Under the pieces are notes generated by a model. It made no database searches and was not told where the DNA came from. It was given only the letters and a program-made list of their open reading frames with translations. A stretch of DNA of 64,000 nt from Acidobacteriota bacterium (GTDB lineage Bacteria; Acidobacteriota; UBA6911; RPQK01; CBDAPI01): the NCBI GenBank assembly GCA_965214465.1, contig CBDCBX010000021.1, forward strand, positions 835,843 through 899,842. The letters run 5' to 3'. The position numbers and the translations under genes were made by a program. Positions within the stretch are counted from its first letter, which is position 1, and every line of letters begins with the position of its first letter. This document shows positions 9,350 to 18,592 of the stretch, piece by piece.

Positions 9350-10973
9350 AGCGCCCGCGCAAAGCGCGGACGCGCTGAATCAACTGATTCGTGGATGAGT
9401 CGTGGGCCAGTTCGGGCAGAGATTCGGCGGTGACCTCGGCCAGGATCCGGCTGGCGAGTGTCTTCCCCAGTTCGACTCCCCATTGGTCAAAGGAGTAAAT
9501 GTTCCATAGGAATCCCTGGGTAAAGACCTGGTGTTCGTAAAGGGCGACCAGCTGGCCCAGCACTCCAGGCGTCAGGCGGGGGGCCAGAATCACATTGGTG
9601 GGCCGATTCCCCGGGAAGACGCGGAATGGTATCTGACTCGGATCCATGCCCTCCTGCTGGGCCTCGACTGCAGTTCGTCCAAAGGCCAGCGCTTCGGCCT
9701 GAGCCAGAGCGTTGGCAATCAGACTCTCCTGCTGGTCTCCGATCTCGTTGTGAGACTCGGCAAACGCAATCAGATCCACAGGTACCAGCCTGGTCCCCTG
9801 GTGAAGCAGTTGGAAAAACGCGTGCTGGCCGTTGGTCCCGGGTTCGCCCCAGACCAGCGGTCCGGTTTGCCAGGAAACGGGTTCGCCCTGCTGGCTGACC
9901 GACTTGCCATTGCTCTCCATATCCGTTTGCTGCAGGTAGGCAGGGAGCCCGCTCAAGCGGTGATCGTAGGGGATGATTGCTTTGCTCTGACACCCGAAGA
10001 AGTTGTTGTACCAGAGCCCCAGCAGCCCCAGGATGACAGGGGCGTTTCGCTCAAACGGAGTTTCCAGAAAATGGCGGTCCATCTGGTGAAAGCCGTCCAG
10101 AAGCTCTCGAAAACGGGTGGACCCTATGGCCAGCATGATGGAGAGTCCGATGGCGGAGGTGAGAGAATACCGTCCGCCCACCCAGTCCCAGAACTCGAAC
10201 ATGTTCTCCCTGGCGATCCCGAACTCCGTGACTTCCGCCTGGTTTGAGGAGACGGCGACAAAATGCTCCGAAACCGATGCCGGATCTCCCAGACGGTCGA
10301 GCACCCAGCTTCGAGCACTGCGTGCATTCTTCAGGGTCTCCTCAGTGCGAAAGCTCTTGGAACAGACCACGAACAGCGTCTCTTCAGGGGACAGATTGTG
10401 GAGGACGTCGGTCAGATTGGAGGGGTCGATGTTCGATACGAAACGAAACTCGATACCGGGCAGGTGATAGGGCTTGAGGGCTTGCACCGCCATTCTGGGT
10501 CCCAGATCTGATCCCCCGATGCCAATGTTCACAACGGCCTGGAACCGTTTACCGGTAAAGCCTCTTTTATCTCCCGAGTGGATCTGCCTACAAAAGTCGC
10601 TCATGCGCTGCAGAACCCGGTGCACACCCGGCATGACATCCACGCCATCGAAGTAGACTGGCGGCTCCAGCGGGTGGCGCAAGGCAGTGTGCAGGACCGC
10701 ACGATCCTCCGTCCGGTTGATTCGTTCCCCTCTGAACATGTCTTTTCTGAACCGGGACAGGCCGGAAGTAACTGCCAGGTCAAGAAGCAGGCGCATCGTC
10801 TCCCGCGTTACTCTGTTCTTGGAAAGATCCAGCCAGAGGTCGCCCACCTCCCAGGTCATCCTCTCGACCCGGTCCGGCTCCTCTTCGAAGAGTTCCCTGA
10901 GGCTTCGGGTACGGACCTTTTCAAAGTGTGCCGCCAGGGCCTTCCATTCTTGAGTCTTCGGGGGTCGATTCAT
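9345..10973 (-). CDS. pgi: glucose-6-phosphate isomerase
   Basis: The 542-aa product has PGI motifs (IGIGGSDLGP, GGRYSLTSAIG, DQWGVELGK). Confidence 0.95.
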   Translation of the reverse strand: MNRPPKTQEWKALAAHFEKVRTRSLRELFEEEPDRVERMTWEVGDLWLDLSKNRVTRETMRLLLDLAVTSGLSRFRKDMFRGERINRTEDRAVLHTALRHPLEPPVYFDGVDVMPGVHRVLQRMSDFCRQIHSGDKRGFTGKRFQAVVNIGIGGSDLGPRMAVQALKPYHLPGIEFRFVSNIDPSNLTDVLHNLSPEETLFVVCSKSFRTEETLKNARSARSWVLDRLGDPASVSEHFVAVSSNQAEVTEFGIARENMFEFWDWVGGRYSLTSAIGLSIMLAIGSTRFRELLDGFHQMDRHFLETPFERNAPVILGLLGLWYNNFFGCQSKAIIPYDHRLSGLPAYLQQTDMESNGKSVSQQGEPVSWQTGPLVWGEPGTNGQHAFFQLLHQGTRLVPVDLIAFAESHNEIGDQQESLIANALAQAEALAFGRTAVEAQQEGMDPSQIPFRVFPGNRPTNVILAPRLTPGVLGQLVALYEHQVFTQGFLWNIYSFDQWGVELGKTLASRILAEVTAESLPELAHDSSTNQLIQRVRALRGRS

Positions 10974-11797
10974 GGCTGCAGACTACTGGCTCGAGGTTGA
11001 AAGTTACCTGGTTCACCGGCCCGGGAGTCGATCCGCAGATACTTCGAGAGAACCGCGACCGCCAGGTAAGCGGGGCCCGTGTCCAAAAGAGCTGCTGTCA
11101 ACTTGAAGAAGTAGCCCGACCAGATGAAGATCAAGAGCTGATTGAATACCGGCTCGCCGGCCTCGATCGGAAGCGCTCCCGCCCAGTAGTGGGTGATCAG
11201 AATGACGGCCACCGTGTCGACCAACTGGCTGGTCAAGGTCGATCCGTTATTCCGCAACCACAAGTGTCTTCCCCTGGTAAGATCCTTGATCCAGTGAAAG
11301 ATGTAGACGTCACAAAACTGGGCAGTCAGGTACGCGATCATTGAAGCCGAGACGGCTCCGAAGGTCAGTGCGCGAATCTCGAAGAATGCAGACAACCGCC
11401 CGGCTTCGTCATGCAGAATCTGGCCCGTCACCGGATCGGTCTTCTCGAATCCGGGAAGAATTCCTCCCAGCCAGATGAACAGCACCAGCCAGACATTGAG
11501 CAGCAGGCCCATCCAGACCACCCAGGACGCACGGCGCCTTCCGTACAGCTCGCTGATCAGATCCGTGCATAGAAACGTGATGGGGTAGGGCAAGACACCC
11601 ACTGCGACTGCCACGGGTATCTCCCACCCAAAGACAGTGAAAGACAGATCTACAAAGCGGGAAATACCCAGGATGTTGAGCATCGCCAACGTTCCCAGAA
11701 AAATCCCGGAGAGGACCAGGAACACCTTTTCCCGTCGAAGCTGAAGAACTTCCGGGGAGGGTTCAGCCTGCTGTTCAGTTTGATCTCGCGGAACCAT
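10970..11797 (-). CDS. yhhQ: queuosine-precursor transporter (YhhQ / DUF165 family)
   Basis: It is a polytopic membrane protein with YhhQ-family motifs (VFLVLSGIFLGTLAMLNILG...YPITFLCTDLISELYG). It overlaps pgi by 4 nt (ATGA). Confidence 0.8.
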   Translation of the reverse strand: MVPRDQTEQQAEPSPEVLQLRREKVFLVLSGIFLGTLAMLNILGISRFVDLSFTVFGWEIPVAVAVGVLPYPITFLCTDLISELYGRRRASWVVWMGLLLNVWLVLFIWLGGILPGFEKTDPVTGQILHDEAGRLSAFFEIRALTFGAVSASMIAYLTAQFCDVYIFHWIKDLTRGRHLWLRNNGSTLTSQLVDTVAVILITHYWAGALPIEAGEPVFNQLLIFIWSGYFFKLTAALLDTGPAYLAVAVLSKYLRIDSRAGEPGNFQPRASSLQP

Positions 11798-11805
11798 TTC
11801 GCTTG

Positions 11806-13491
11806 CTACTTTGATCTTCGGGCTTCGCGCTCAGCCAGCTTCTGAGCCTCCTCTTCCAGGAGCACGCGCTTCAAAATCTTACCCACTCCACTCTTGGGAA
11901 GCTCGGAACGAAATTCGATCTGCTTGGGGATCTTGTACTTGGAGAGTAGGTCGACACAAAAGTCAATGATGTCCGTTTTGGCCACATGTCTTCCCTCCGC
12001 GGTAACGATGAAGGCCTTAACCACTTCTTCCCGGACACGGCTGGGAACTCCTACCACGGCCACCTCGACAACATCCGGATGGGTCAAGAGCAACTCTTCG
12101 ATCTCGCGAGGATAGACATTCATGCCGGCGCTGATAATGACGTCCTTCTTGCGATCGACAATTGTGATGAAGCCCTCTTCGTCTTGAGAGGCCAGATCAC
12201 CAGTGTAAAGCCACCCGTCCTTGAGAACCTCCCGAGTTTCCTCCGGCATGCGCCAGTACTCTTTCATCACCTGGGGGCCTTTGATTGCCAGTTCTCCAAC
12301 CTCACCAGGAGCCAGCGATGTCCGCGTCTGAGGATCCACCACCCGGGCCATCGTGTCCGGGATCGGAACACCAATGGTCCCGCTTTTCCGATGGCCGAAG
12401 ACCGGGTTCACAATCGCCACGGGAGAGGTCTCGGACAGTCCATATCCTTCCACCAGTTTCCCCCCGGTCAACTTCTCGAACCTACTTTGAACTTCGGCGG
12501 GGAGCGCGGCGCCACCACTGACACAGAGCCGAATCGAATTGACGTCCTCGGGTTGGACCTTGGGAGAGCGATTGATGGCATTGTACATGGACGGCACGCC
12601 GCAGAAAATAGTGGGCCTGTGCTTCTTGATTTGTTTCAGGGCGTCAGCCAAGTCGAATCGGGGGAGCAGGAGCAGCGTGGCCTGGGCCTGGATCCCCAGA
12701 TGCAGGGAGGTTGTCATCCCATAACTGTGGAAGAAAGGCAGAACCGCCAGAATGGTCTCGGTTCGATCTCTAAAACCCGCCAGCCAGGTTCGGGTCTGCA
12801 GGACGTTGGCCACGAGATTCCGGTGCGTGAGTACCGCCCCTTTCGAGACACCCGTGGTCCCACCCGTGTAGAGAAAAATGGCGGTGTCGCCGGGCCGGGA
12901 TCGATGCGGCTCAACTCCGGGGAACCGTTTTTTCAGCAGTCTTTTGTAAAAATAGGTGTTGGGGGCCGGCTCGACCGGAGTCTCATGTCGATTCTTGATT
13001 CTATAACCTAAGTTCAAGGGAAACGGAAGAAAATCCTGTACTCCAGCATAGATAACGCGTTTCACCGAGGTGGACGACAACACAGCGGAGATACGTTGAT
13101 GCAGTTTGTCCAGGGCAACAATCGTCTCAGCGCCCGAATCGTTCAACTGGTACTCCAGTTCCCTCTCCACGTAGAGCGGATTCGTGGGAACCAGAATGGC
13201 GCCCAGTTTCATGGCAGCGAAATGGGCAACCGGGTAAACCGGCAGGTTGGGCAAGATCAAGGCGACACGATCCCCCCGCTTGACGCCAAGCGACGACAGA
13301 GCGGCCGCAAATTGATCCACCAGTTGGCCCAGTTTTCGATAACTGGTCCGAGCTCCGAAAAAGAGAGTTGCGGTTCTTCCCGGACTCCCCTGCACTGCCT
13401 TCTCAAAAAGCTGGTAGAGGGTCGTCTCCGGATAGTCCAGCGACGACCTCACGTCGGGGTCATAAAACTGGTGCCATACCTGCTGCTCCAT
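11806..13491 (-). CDS. fadD: long-chain-fatty-acid--CoA ligase (AMP-dependent synthetase/ligase)
   Basis: It has the AMP-binding motifs YTGGTTGVSKGAVLTH, GYGLSETSP and DGWLYTGDLA and the C-terminal lid (DRKKDVIISAGMNVYP). Confidence 0.9.
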   Translation of the reverse strand: MEQQVWHQFYDPDVRSSLDYPETTLYQLFEKAVQGSPGRTATLFFGARTSYRKLGQLVDQFAAALSSLGVKRGDRVALILPNLPVYPVAHFAAMKLGAILVPTNPLYVERELEYQLNDSGAETIVALDKLHQRISAVLSSTSVKRVIYAGVQDFLPFPLNLGYRIKNRHETPVEPAPNTYFYKRLLKKRFPGVEPHRSRPGDTAIFLYTGGTTGVSKGAVLTHRNLVANVLQTRTWLAGFRDRTETILAVLPFFHSYGMTTSLHLGIQAQATLLLLPRFDLADALKQIKKHRPTIFCGVPSMYNAINRSPKVQPEDVNSIRLCVSGGAALPAEVQSRFEKLTGGKLVEGYGLSETSPVAIVNPVFGHRKSGTIGVPIPDTMARVVDPQTRTSLAPGEVGELAIKGPQVMKEYWRMPEETREVLKDGWLYTGDLASQDEEGFITIVDRKKDVIISAGMNVYPREIEELLLTHPDVVEVAVVGVPSRVREEVVKAFIVTAEGRHVAKTDIIDFCVDLLSKYKIPKQIEFRSELPKSGVGKILKRVLLEEEAQKLAEREARRSK

Positions 13492-13763
13492 GGGAGCCTC
13501 CGTATCTTGAAAAGTTTGACGCGAACTTTAGCAGGTTCTGGGCTCCAGGTTCCAGGTTCAAGGAGGTTCATGCACTTGCTTATCACGCGCGCCACTGATG
13601 TCTTCCACCGCCGCGATCAGCGTTCGGTCAGTTTCGGTGGTGCGCACGACAGTAAGCGCGTGCCCGCGGTTTGTGTGCGTCTGACAGGAATCAGCTAACC
13701 TACCATTTCTGTACAATCATTCACGGAGTCGAACTACTCATGCCATCTCGTCGGGGAGCCAAT

Positions 13764-16024
13764 ATGAAACTCATCCTGTCACTCCTCTCAACGGCAATTC
13801 TCCTGGCGGCCTGTGCTGGGCCGGCGGCTGATCAGACCGTCCTTAACTACCCGTCCACCAGGAAGGTCGAGGTAGTGGAGACCCTGCACGGGGTCGAGGT
13901 TGCAGACCCCTACCGGTGGCTCGAGGATCTGTACCGGTGGCTCATCTGGATTCTCCTGAGACCAAAGAATGGGTTCGGGCTCAGAACGAGGTAACGTTTC
14001 CCTACCTCAAGGCCCTGCCTGACCGTGAAAAACTCAAGAACGAACTCGCTCTGCTCTGGGACTATGAGCGCTATGGTCTGGATTCTCCTGAGACCAAAGA
14101 ATGGGTTCGGGCTCAGAACGAGGTAACGTTTCCCTACCTCAAGGCCCTGCCTGACCGTGAAAAACTCAAGAACGAACTCGCTCTGCTCTGGGACTATGAG
14201 CGCTATGGTCTTCCCGAGAAAGAGGGCACCTTCTATTTCTTCACGCGCAACACAGGACTTCAAAACCAGAGCGTTCTTTACGTTTCTGAAGGTCTCGACG
14301 GAAAGCCGCGAGTCCTGCTCGACCCCAACACGCTCTCTGCAGACGGAACGGTTTCTCTGGCCGGCACGGCCGTGAGCCCGGACGGCAAGTACCTTGCCTA
14401 CGGCATCTCCAGTGGCGGTTCCGACTGGCGAGAGTGGTGGGTGCGCGACGTGGCCTCTGCACGGGATCTGGAAGACAAAGTGGAGTGGGTAAAGTTTTCG
14501 GGTGCGTCCTGGACAGGAGACAGCAAAGGCTTCTTTTACAGTCGCTACGACGAACCCGAAGGGGACGTTCTCGAAGAGGCCAACTACTTCCAGAAGATCT
14601 ACTACCATCAGATTGGCGAGCCTCAAGAAAAAGACCGGCTGGTCTATGAACGCAGAGACCGGAAGAACTGGGGTCTGACGGGAGCCGTAACCGACGATGG
14701 GCGCTACCTGATCATTCATGTCAGCCAGGGAACAGATCAAAGAAACCGGGTCTATTACCAGGACTTGAACGGCTCAGGAGAAGTCATTGAGTTACTCGAC
14801 GACTTTGATGCCAGCTACTCCTTCGTGGGAAACCAGGGTCCTCTATTCTGGTTTCGTACCAATCTCGACGCTCCACGGGGGCGGCTCATCCAGATCGACA
14901 CACGCCACCCGCAGAAAGAGCACTGGCTCGAGCTCGTGCCCCAGGTTGCCCACACGCTTCGCGAGGCCTCCGTTCTCAATCACAGCTTTGTTCTCTCCTA
15001 TTTGAGGGATGCCCATGCCTACGTTGAGATCCGTGAGCTGAGTGGGAAAAAGATACGAGAGCTCGAACTTCCCGGCATTGGTGCAGTTTCCGGCTTCGGC
15101 GGGAAGATCGACGACCGGACCACCTTCTATCGCTTTTCCAGCTATGTTGATCCGGGCACGATCTACCACTACGACCTGGAAACCGGAGAGAGCACAATCC
15201 ATCGTGGATCGACGATCAAGTTCGATTCGTCCGCCTACGAAACAGCACAGGTCTTTTACCCGAGCAAGGATGGAACTCGCATTCCCATGTTCATCACCTA
15301 CCGCAAGGGCCTCGAGCTGGATGGGAGGAACCCGACGCTCCTGTATGGCTATGGGGGGTTCAACATCCCCCAGACTCCCAGGTTTTCGGTCTCGAACGCA
15401 GTGTGGATCCGAAACGGGGGCGTTTATGCGGTAGCCAACCTCCGTGGGGGTGGCGAGTTCGGCGAGGAGTGGCACCAGTCAGGGATGAAAGGCAACAAAC
15501 AAAACGTCTTCGATGATTTCATCGCCGCCGCAGAGTGGCTGATTGAAACGAAGTATACGTCTACCGAACATCTCGGAATCGCCGGAGGAAGCAATGGGGG
15601 GCTCCTGGTTGGGGCCTGTCTGATCCAGCGTCCGGATCTGTTCGGCGCAACCCTTCCCGCCGTCGGGGTCATGGACATGTTGCGCTTTCACAAGTTCACA
15701 ATCGGGTGGGCCTGGGTGTCCGACTACGGTTCGCCGGATGACCCCGCAGACTTTCCATATATTTACGCCTACTCTCCGTACCACAACATTCGAGACGGGG
15801 TGGACTACCCGCCCACGCTGGTGACGACTGCAGACCACGATGATCGGGTGGTGCCGAGTCACAGCTTCAAGTTCACTGCCCGGCTGCAAGAGGCCCAGCG
15901 AGGCTCCAGTCCCGTGCTGATTCGAGTGGGCACGCGTGCCGGTCACGGCTCCGGGAAACCAACCTCGATGCAGATTGAGGAGGCTGCAGACCGTCTGGCC
16001 TTCCTGGCCGCTCACCTGCGGTGA
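13764..16024 (+). pseudogene. prolyl oligopeptidase (S9A), lipoprotein-type signal; reading frame broken by a 17-bp imperfect local duplication and carrying a perfect 132-bp in-frame tandem duplication
   Basis: The N-terminal fragment is [19 protein letters not shown]...[10 protein letters not shown]. The frame switches at 13932-13948, where TACCGGTGGCTCATCTG partly repeats the preceding TACCGGTGGCTCGAGGATCTG. It continues from GTG 13916 as DSPETKEWV...GGSNGGLLVGA...DHDDRVVPSHSFKF (S9 catalytic Ser/Asp/His region). Without the 17-bp insert the two ORFs join as [18 protein letters not shown]. Confidence 0.6.
13946..14209 (+). repeat. perfect tandem duplication, 2 x 132 bp, inside the prolyl oligopeptidase gene
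   Basis: Units 13946-14077 and 14078-14209 are identical. They encode [44 protein letters not shown] twice. Confidence 0.85.
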
Positions 16025-16025
16025 T

Positions 16026-16145
16026 TGCTGGGTTCTGGGTGCTGGGTTCTGGGTTCTGGGTGCTGGGGTTATGGGTTTATGGGTTCCGTAGGGGCGACCC
16101 TGGTGGTCGCCCGCCAAACAGGCCGGCACAAGACCGGCCCCTACG
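16026..16145 (+). repeat. REP-like composite repeat, copy B
   Basis: A GGGTTCTGGGTGCTGGGTTCTGGGTTCTGGGTGCTGGGGTTATGGGTTTATGGGTTC heptad tract is followed by CGTAGGGGCGACCCTGGTGGTCGCCCGCCAAACAGGCCGGCACAAGACCGGCCCCTACG. It lies between convergent gene ends. Confidence 0.8.
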
Positions 16146-16149
16146 CGGT

Positions 16150-17313
16150 TCATCGGCCAGAGTCTCCAGTCCAGGGGCTGAGGTGCTCCAGGCCCACCTT
16201 TGCAAAGAACTCCTGCCAGGACTGTCGAAAATTCGAGCGCGAGAATCTTTGCACGCTCTGCCGCAGTCCATCCGGTCGAAAGGGAATCGACTCAAACCTT
16301 TCCAGGGCCTCCAGCAGGCTGGCAACCGTCTGCTCTGGAAAAAGGATCCCGGTAGCACCATCCTCGACAACTTCCGTGACACCCCCCTCTCCGAAGGCGA
16401 TCACCGGGCAACCACAGGCGAGGGCCTCCACGGGGACCAGGCCAAAGTCTTCCAGGCCTGGGAAAATCAGAGCTCGAGCCTCACGATAGAGATCGCGAAT
16501 GGCCTCATCACTCTGCCAGCCCAAAAACTCGATATTTGAACCGGCCCTTTTCTGAAGAACACGCGACAGCGGGCCGCTTCCCACTACCAGCAGGCGTTCT
16601 CCTCGCTGGTTCATGGCCTGTATGGCCAGATCGAGACGCTTTTGCGGCACCAGACCCGACACGACCAGGAAAAACTCCTTTCTCTGGTCCCAAGAGGGTG
16701 TGTAGAAGTCCAGATCGGTGCAGGGGTAAATCAGGGCCGAACCGCGACCGTAGACCCGCTTGATTCTTTGCTGAACGGTCTTCGAGATAGCGACGAAGTA
16801 ATCCACGGAGCCGCTCGTCTCCCGATCCCAGGCCTTGAGTGAACGGGCCCAGTAGGAGAGGGCCAGACCCCGCAAAGAAGCGTTCAGCTCTCTTCCATAC
16901 AGGTGGGGCTCCCAGAGATATCGCATGGGAGTCAGGCAGTAGCAGACATGGGGGATCCCCGGGCCGTGGGAAAACGCCTTGGCCACCGAGTGGCTGATGC
17001 TCACAACCAGATCGGCCTTCCGGACGGGTAACGAGCGCGCGGCCCGACGGAAAAACGGCAAGGTGTACCGGTAGTAGCGGGTGATGCCGGGAAGGCGGTT
17101 CAGCGTCGAAACAAAAACCGTTCGCTCCCGCAAGGAGGGATGGAGGTTGGCGGGATCCAAGAAGAGTGTATTGATTTCGAGGCAATCCCACCCCGAAGCC
17201 AGTTCCACCAGGACCCGCTCAGCCCCCCTCGGATCAACAATCCAGTCGTGATGAATCGCAACCTGGTTCATAGCCCTGAATTTACTCTGCTCGCCTGCCT
17301 TCATGCAGTCCAC
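16150..17313 (-). CDS. glycosyltransferase family 4 (GT-B)
   Basis: The C-terminal GT4 signature is EDFGLVPVEALACGCPVIAFGEGGVTEVVEDGATGILF, and the protein is RfaG-like overall. Confidence 0.8.
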   Translation of the reverse strand: MDCMKAGEQSKFRAMNQVAIHHDWIVDPRGAERVLVELASGWDCLEINTLFLDPANLHPSLRERTVFVSTLNRLPGITRYYRYTLPFFRRAARSLPVRKADLVVSISHSVAKAFSHGPGIPHVCYCLTPMRYLWEPHLYGRELNASLRGLALSYWARSLKAWDRETSGSVDYFVAISKTVQQRIKRVYGRGSALIYPCTDLDFYTPSWDQRKEFFLVVSGLVPQKRLDLAIQAMNQRGERLLVVGSGPLSRVLQKRAGSNIEFLGWQSDEAIRDLYREARALIFPGLEDFGLVPVEALACGCPVIAFGEGGVTEVVEDGATGILFPEQTVASLLEALERFESIPFRPDGLRQSVQRFSRSNFRQSWQEFFAKVGLEHLSPWTGDSGR

Positions 17314-17425
17314 CAGAATACCCGGTTTCGGGTTCCGAGCGCAGGCTGGAGGTCATGGTTCCGACAGCTATGCGCTTCCGGACCGGCACGGCGTTGCAGT
17401 TGACAGGGCTTTGGTTTATTTTTAA

Positions 17426-18559
17426 ATGATGAGAATTTGTTCTTTTCTCCTATTTGTGCTTCTCCTCACTGCACCCGCCGTCCAGGCCCAGGAAGTCTCC
17501 TACCTGCCCCAGGTGGGAGATGGTCAGTTCGGCGATTTCATCCGGCTGATCACGGAATTTATCTTCGTGAACAGTGGAGCAAGCACGCAGGTCACCCTTG
17601 CGTTCAAGCTTCCCGACGGCGCTCCGATGACCCTCGATCTGGTGGGAATCGGTCCCACGACCGAGCATACATTCGCACTGGGAAGGGGGGAATCCGCCAA
17701 ATTTTCGACCATGGGAGAAGGCGCCCCCAATGTGGGATACGCGATCGTCACCGCTGGAGGCCCTCTCGCCGGAGGGAGCAGCGGTAGTGGCGTGGGAGGG
17801 ACCGGGGTCTTCATTCAGATAGACGTACCCTCCGGCACCATCCTGAGTGAGACCGGCGTGCCGCTTGTGAAAGGACTGTCCGCTTTCAGCCTTTTCGTGG
17901 ACACCACCGGAACTCGCGACACGGCGCTGGCTATCGTCAATCCCGCCGGGCCAGGTGTACTGGGCGGAGGTGGAGGACCGACAACGGCTGCGCGTCTGAG
18001 TTTGTTTGACAAGTCTTTCTCGCTTATCGCCACCACCGACAGGGAGCTTGCACCGGGCGAGCGAGTCAGCGAATTCATGAATGACATTTTCGGTCCTAAG
18101 GTGGCGGTTCCAGAGGAGGGAAGCTTGACGGTGACCTCAGTCACCCCGCAGGGAGGAGGGGGCAGCGCTACGCCGCTGGCCGCCCTCACGGTGAGAACCA
18201 ACAACCTGGCAGCTATTTTCCCGGAGGGCGTTCCCACCTTCACCGCCTTCCCTGTGGTCCCTGGAGCTGCCGCGCTTCTTTCTACGGGCGTGATGGGAAC
18301 CGTAACACAGGAATCCCCCGCGACCGTGAACGTCACGCTCGATCTGAGCCAGGCGGCACGCCCGGTTAAGGGCGCGATCTTCTACATTCTTGACCATGGT
18401 GAGCTGATCGGTGAGGAGGTTCGATCCGTGGACACGCTCGACTTCGCCAGCTTCGCCTTCGAACTCCCGGGACGTTCGGGATCCGCAGGTGTGGAAGACG
18501 TCGAGGTTCGCTTGATTTATGAAGGGGGAGAGATCACTCCTCGGATGCCGGTCCAGTAA
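17426..18559 (+). CDS. secreted Gly/Thr/Ser-rich protein with two beta-sandwich-like domains (paralogous N-domain shared with 39283..39663 and 43821..45866)
   Basis: It has a signal peptide MMRICSFLLFVLLLTAPAVQA. The domain signature YLPQVGDGQFG...FVNSG...LAFKLPDGAPM matches QYFSQVGLNGG...INNPS...LYLPDGTPL of the fibre protein. Confidence 0.65.
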   Translation: MMRICSFLLFVLLLTAPAVQAQEVSYLPQVGDGQFGDFIRLITEFIFVNSGASTQVTLAFKLPDGAPMTLDLVGIGPTTEHTFALGRGESAKFSTMGEGAPNVGYAIVTAGGPLAGGSSGSGVGGTGVFIQIDVPSGTILSETGVPLVKGLSAFSLFVDTTGTRDTALAIVNPAGPGVLGGGGGPTTAARLSLFDKSFSLIATTDRELAPGERVSEFMNDIFGPKVAVPEEGSLTVTSVTPQGGGGSATPLAALTVRTNNLAAIFPEGVPTFTAFPVVPGAAALLSTGVMGTVTQESPATVNVTLDLSQAARPVKGAIFYILDHGELIGEEVRSVDTLDFASFAFELPGRSGSAGVEDVEVRLIYEGGEITPRMPVQ

Positions 18560-18592
18560 ATCAGTCTTTTCTGCCGGAACGGTACAGTCAGC

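Noticed and set aside
13910-14740. 276-aa ORF antisense to the prolyl oligopeptidase gene, containing its own internal duplicate
   Set aside because: It is a mirror of the 132-bp tandem duplication on the opposite strand and is not an independent gene.
16026-16086. Possible CRISPR array or tandem-repeat locus
   Set aside because: The units are 7-bp degenerate heptads without spacer alternation. No cas genes are in the window. Likewise the 132-bp duplication and the 45-bp coding repeats are not CRISPR-like.
16021-16539. ORFs 16021..16539(+) and 16025..16489(+) beginning in the heptad repeat
   Set aside because: They start inside the GGTTCTG tract and hairpin repeat and run antisense to the GT4 gene. 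They are artefacts of repeat sequence.
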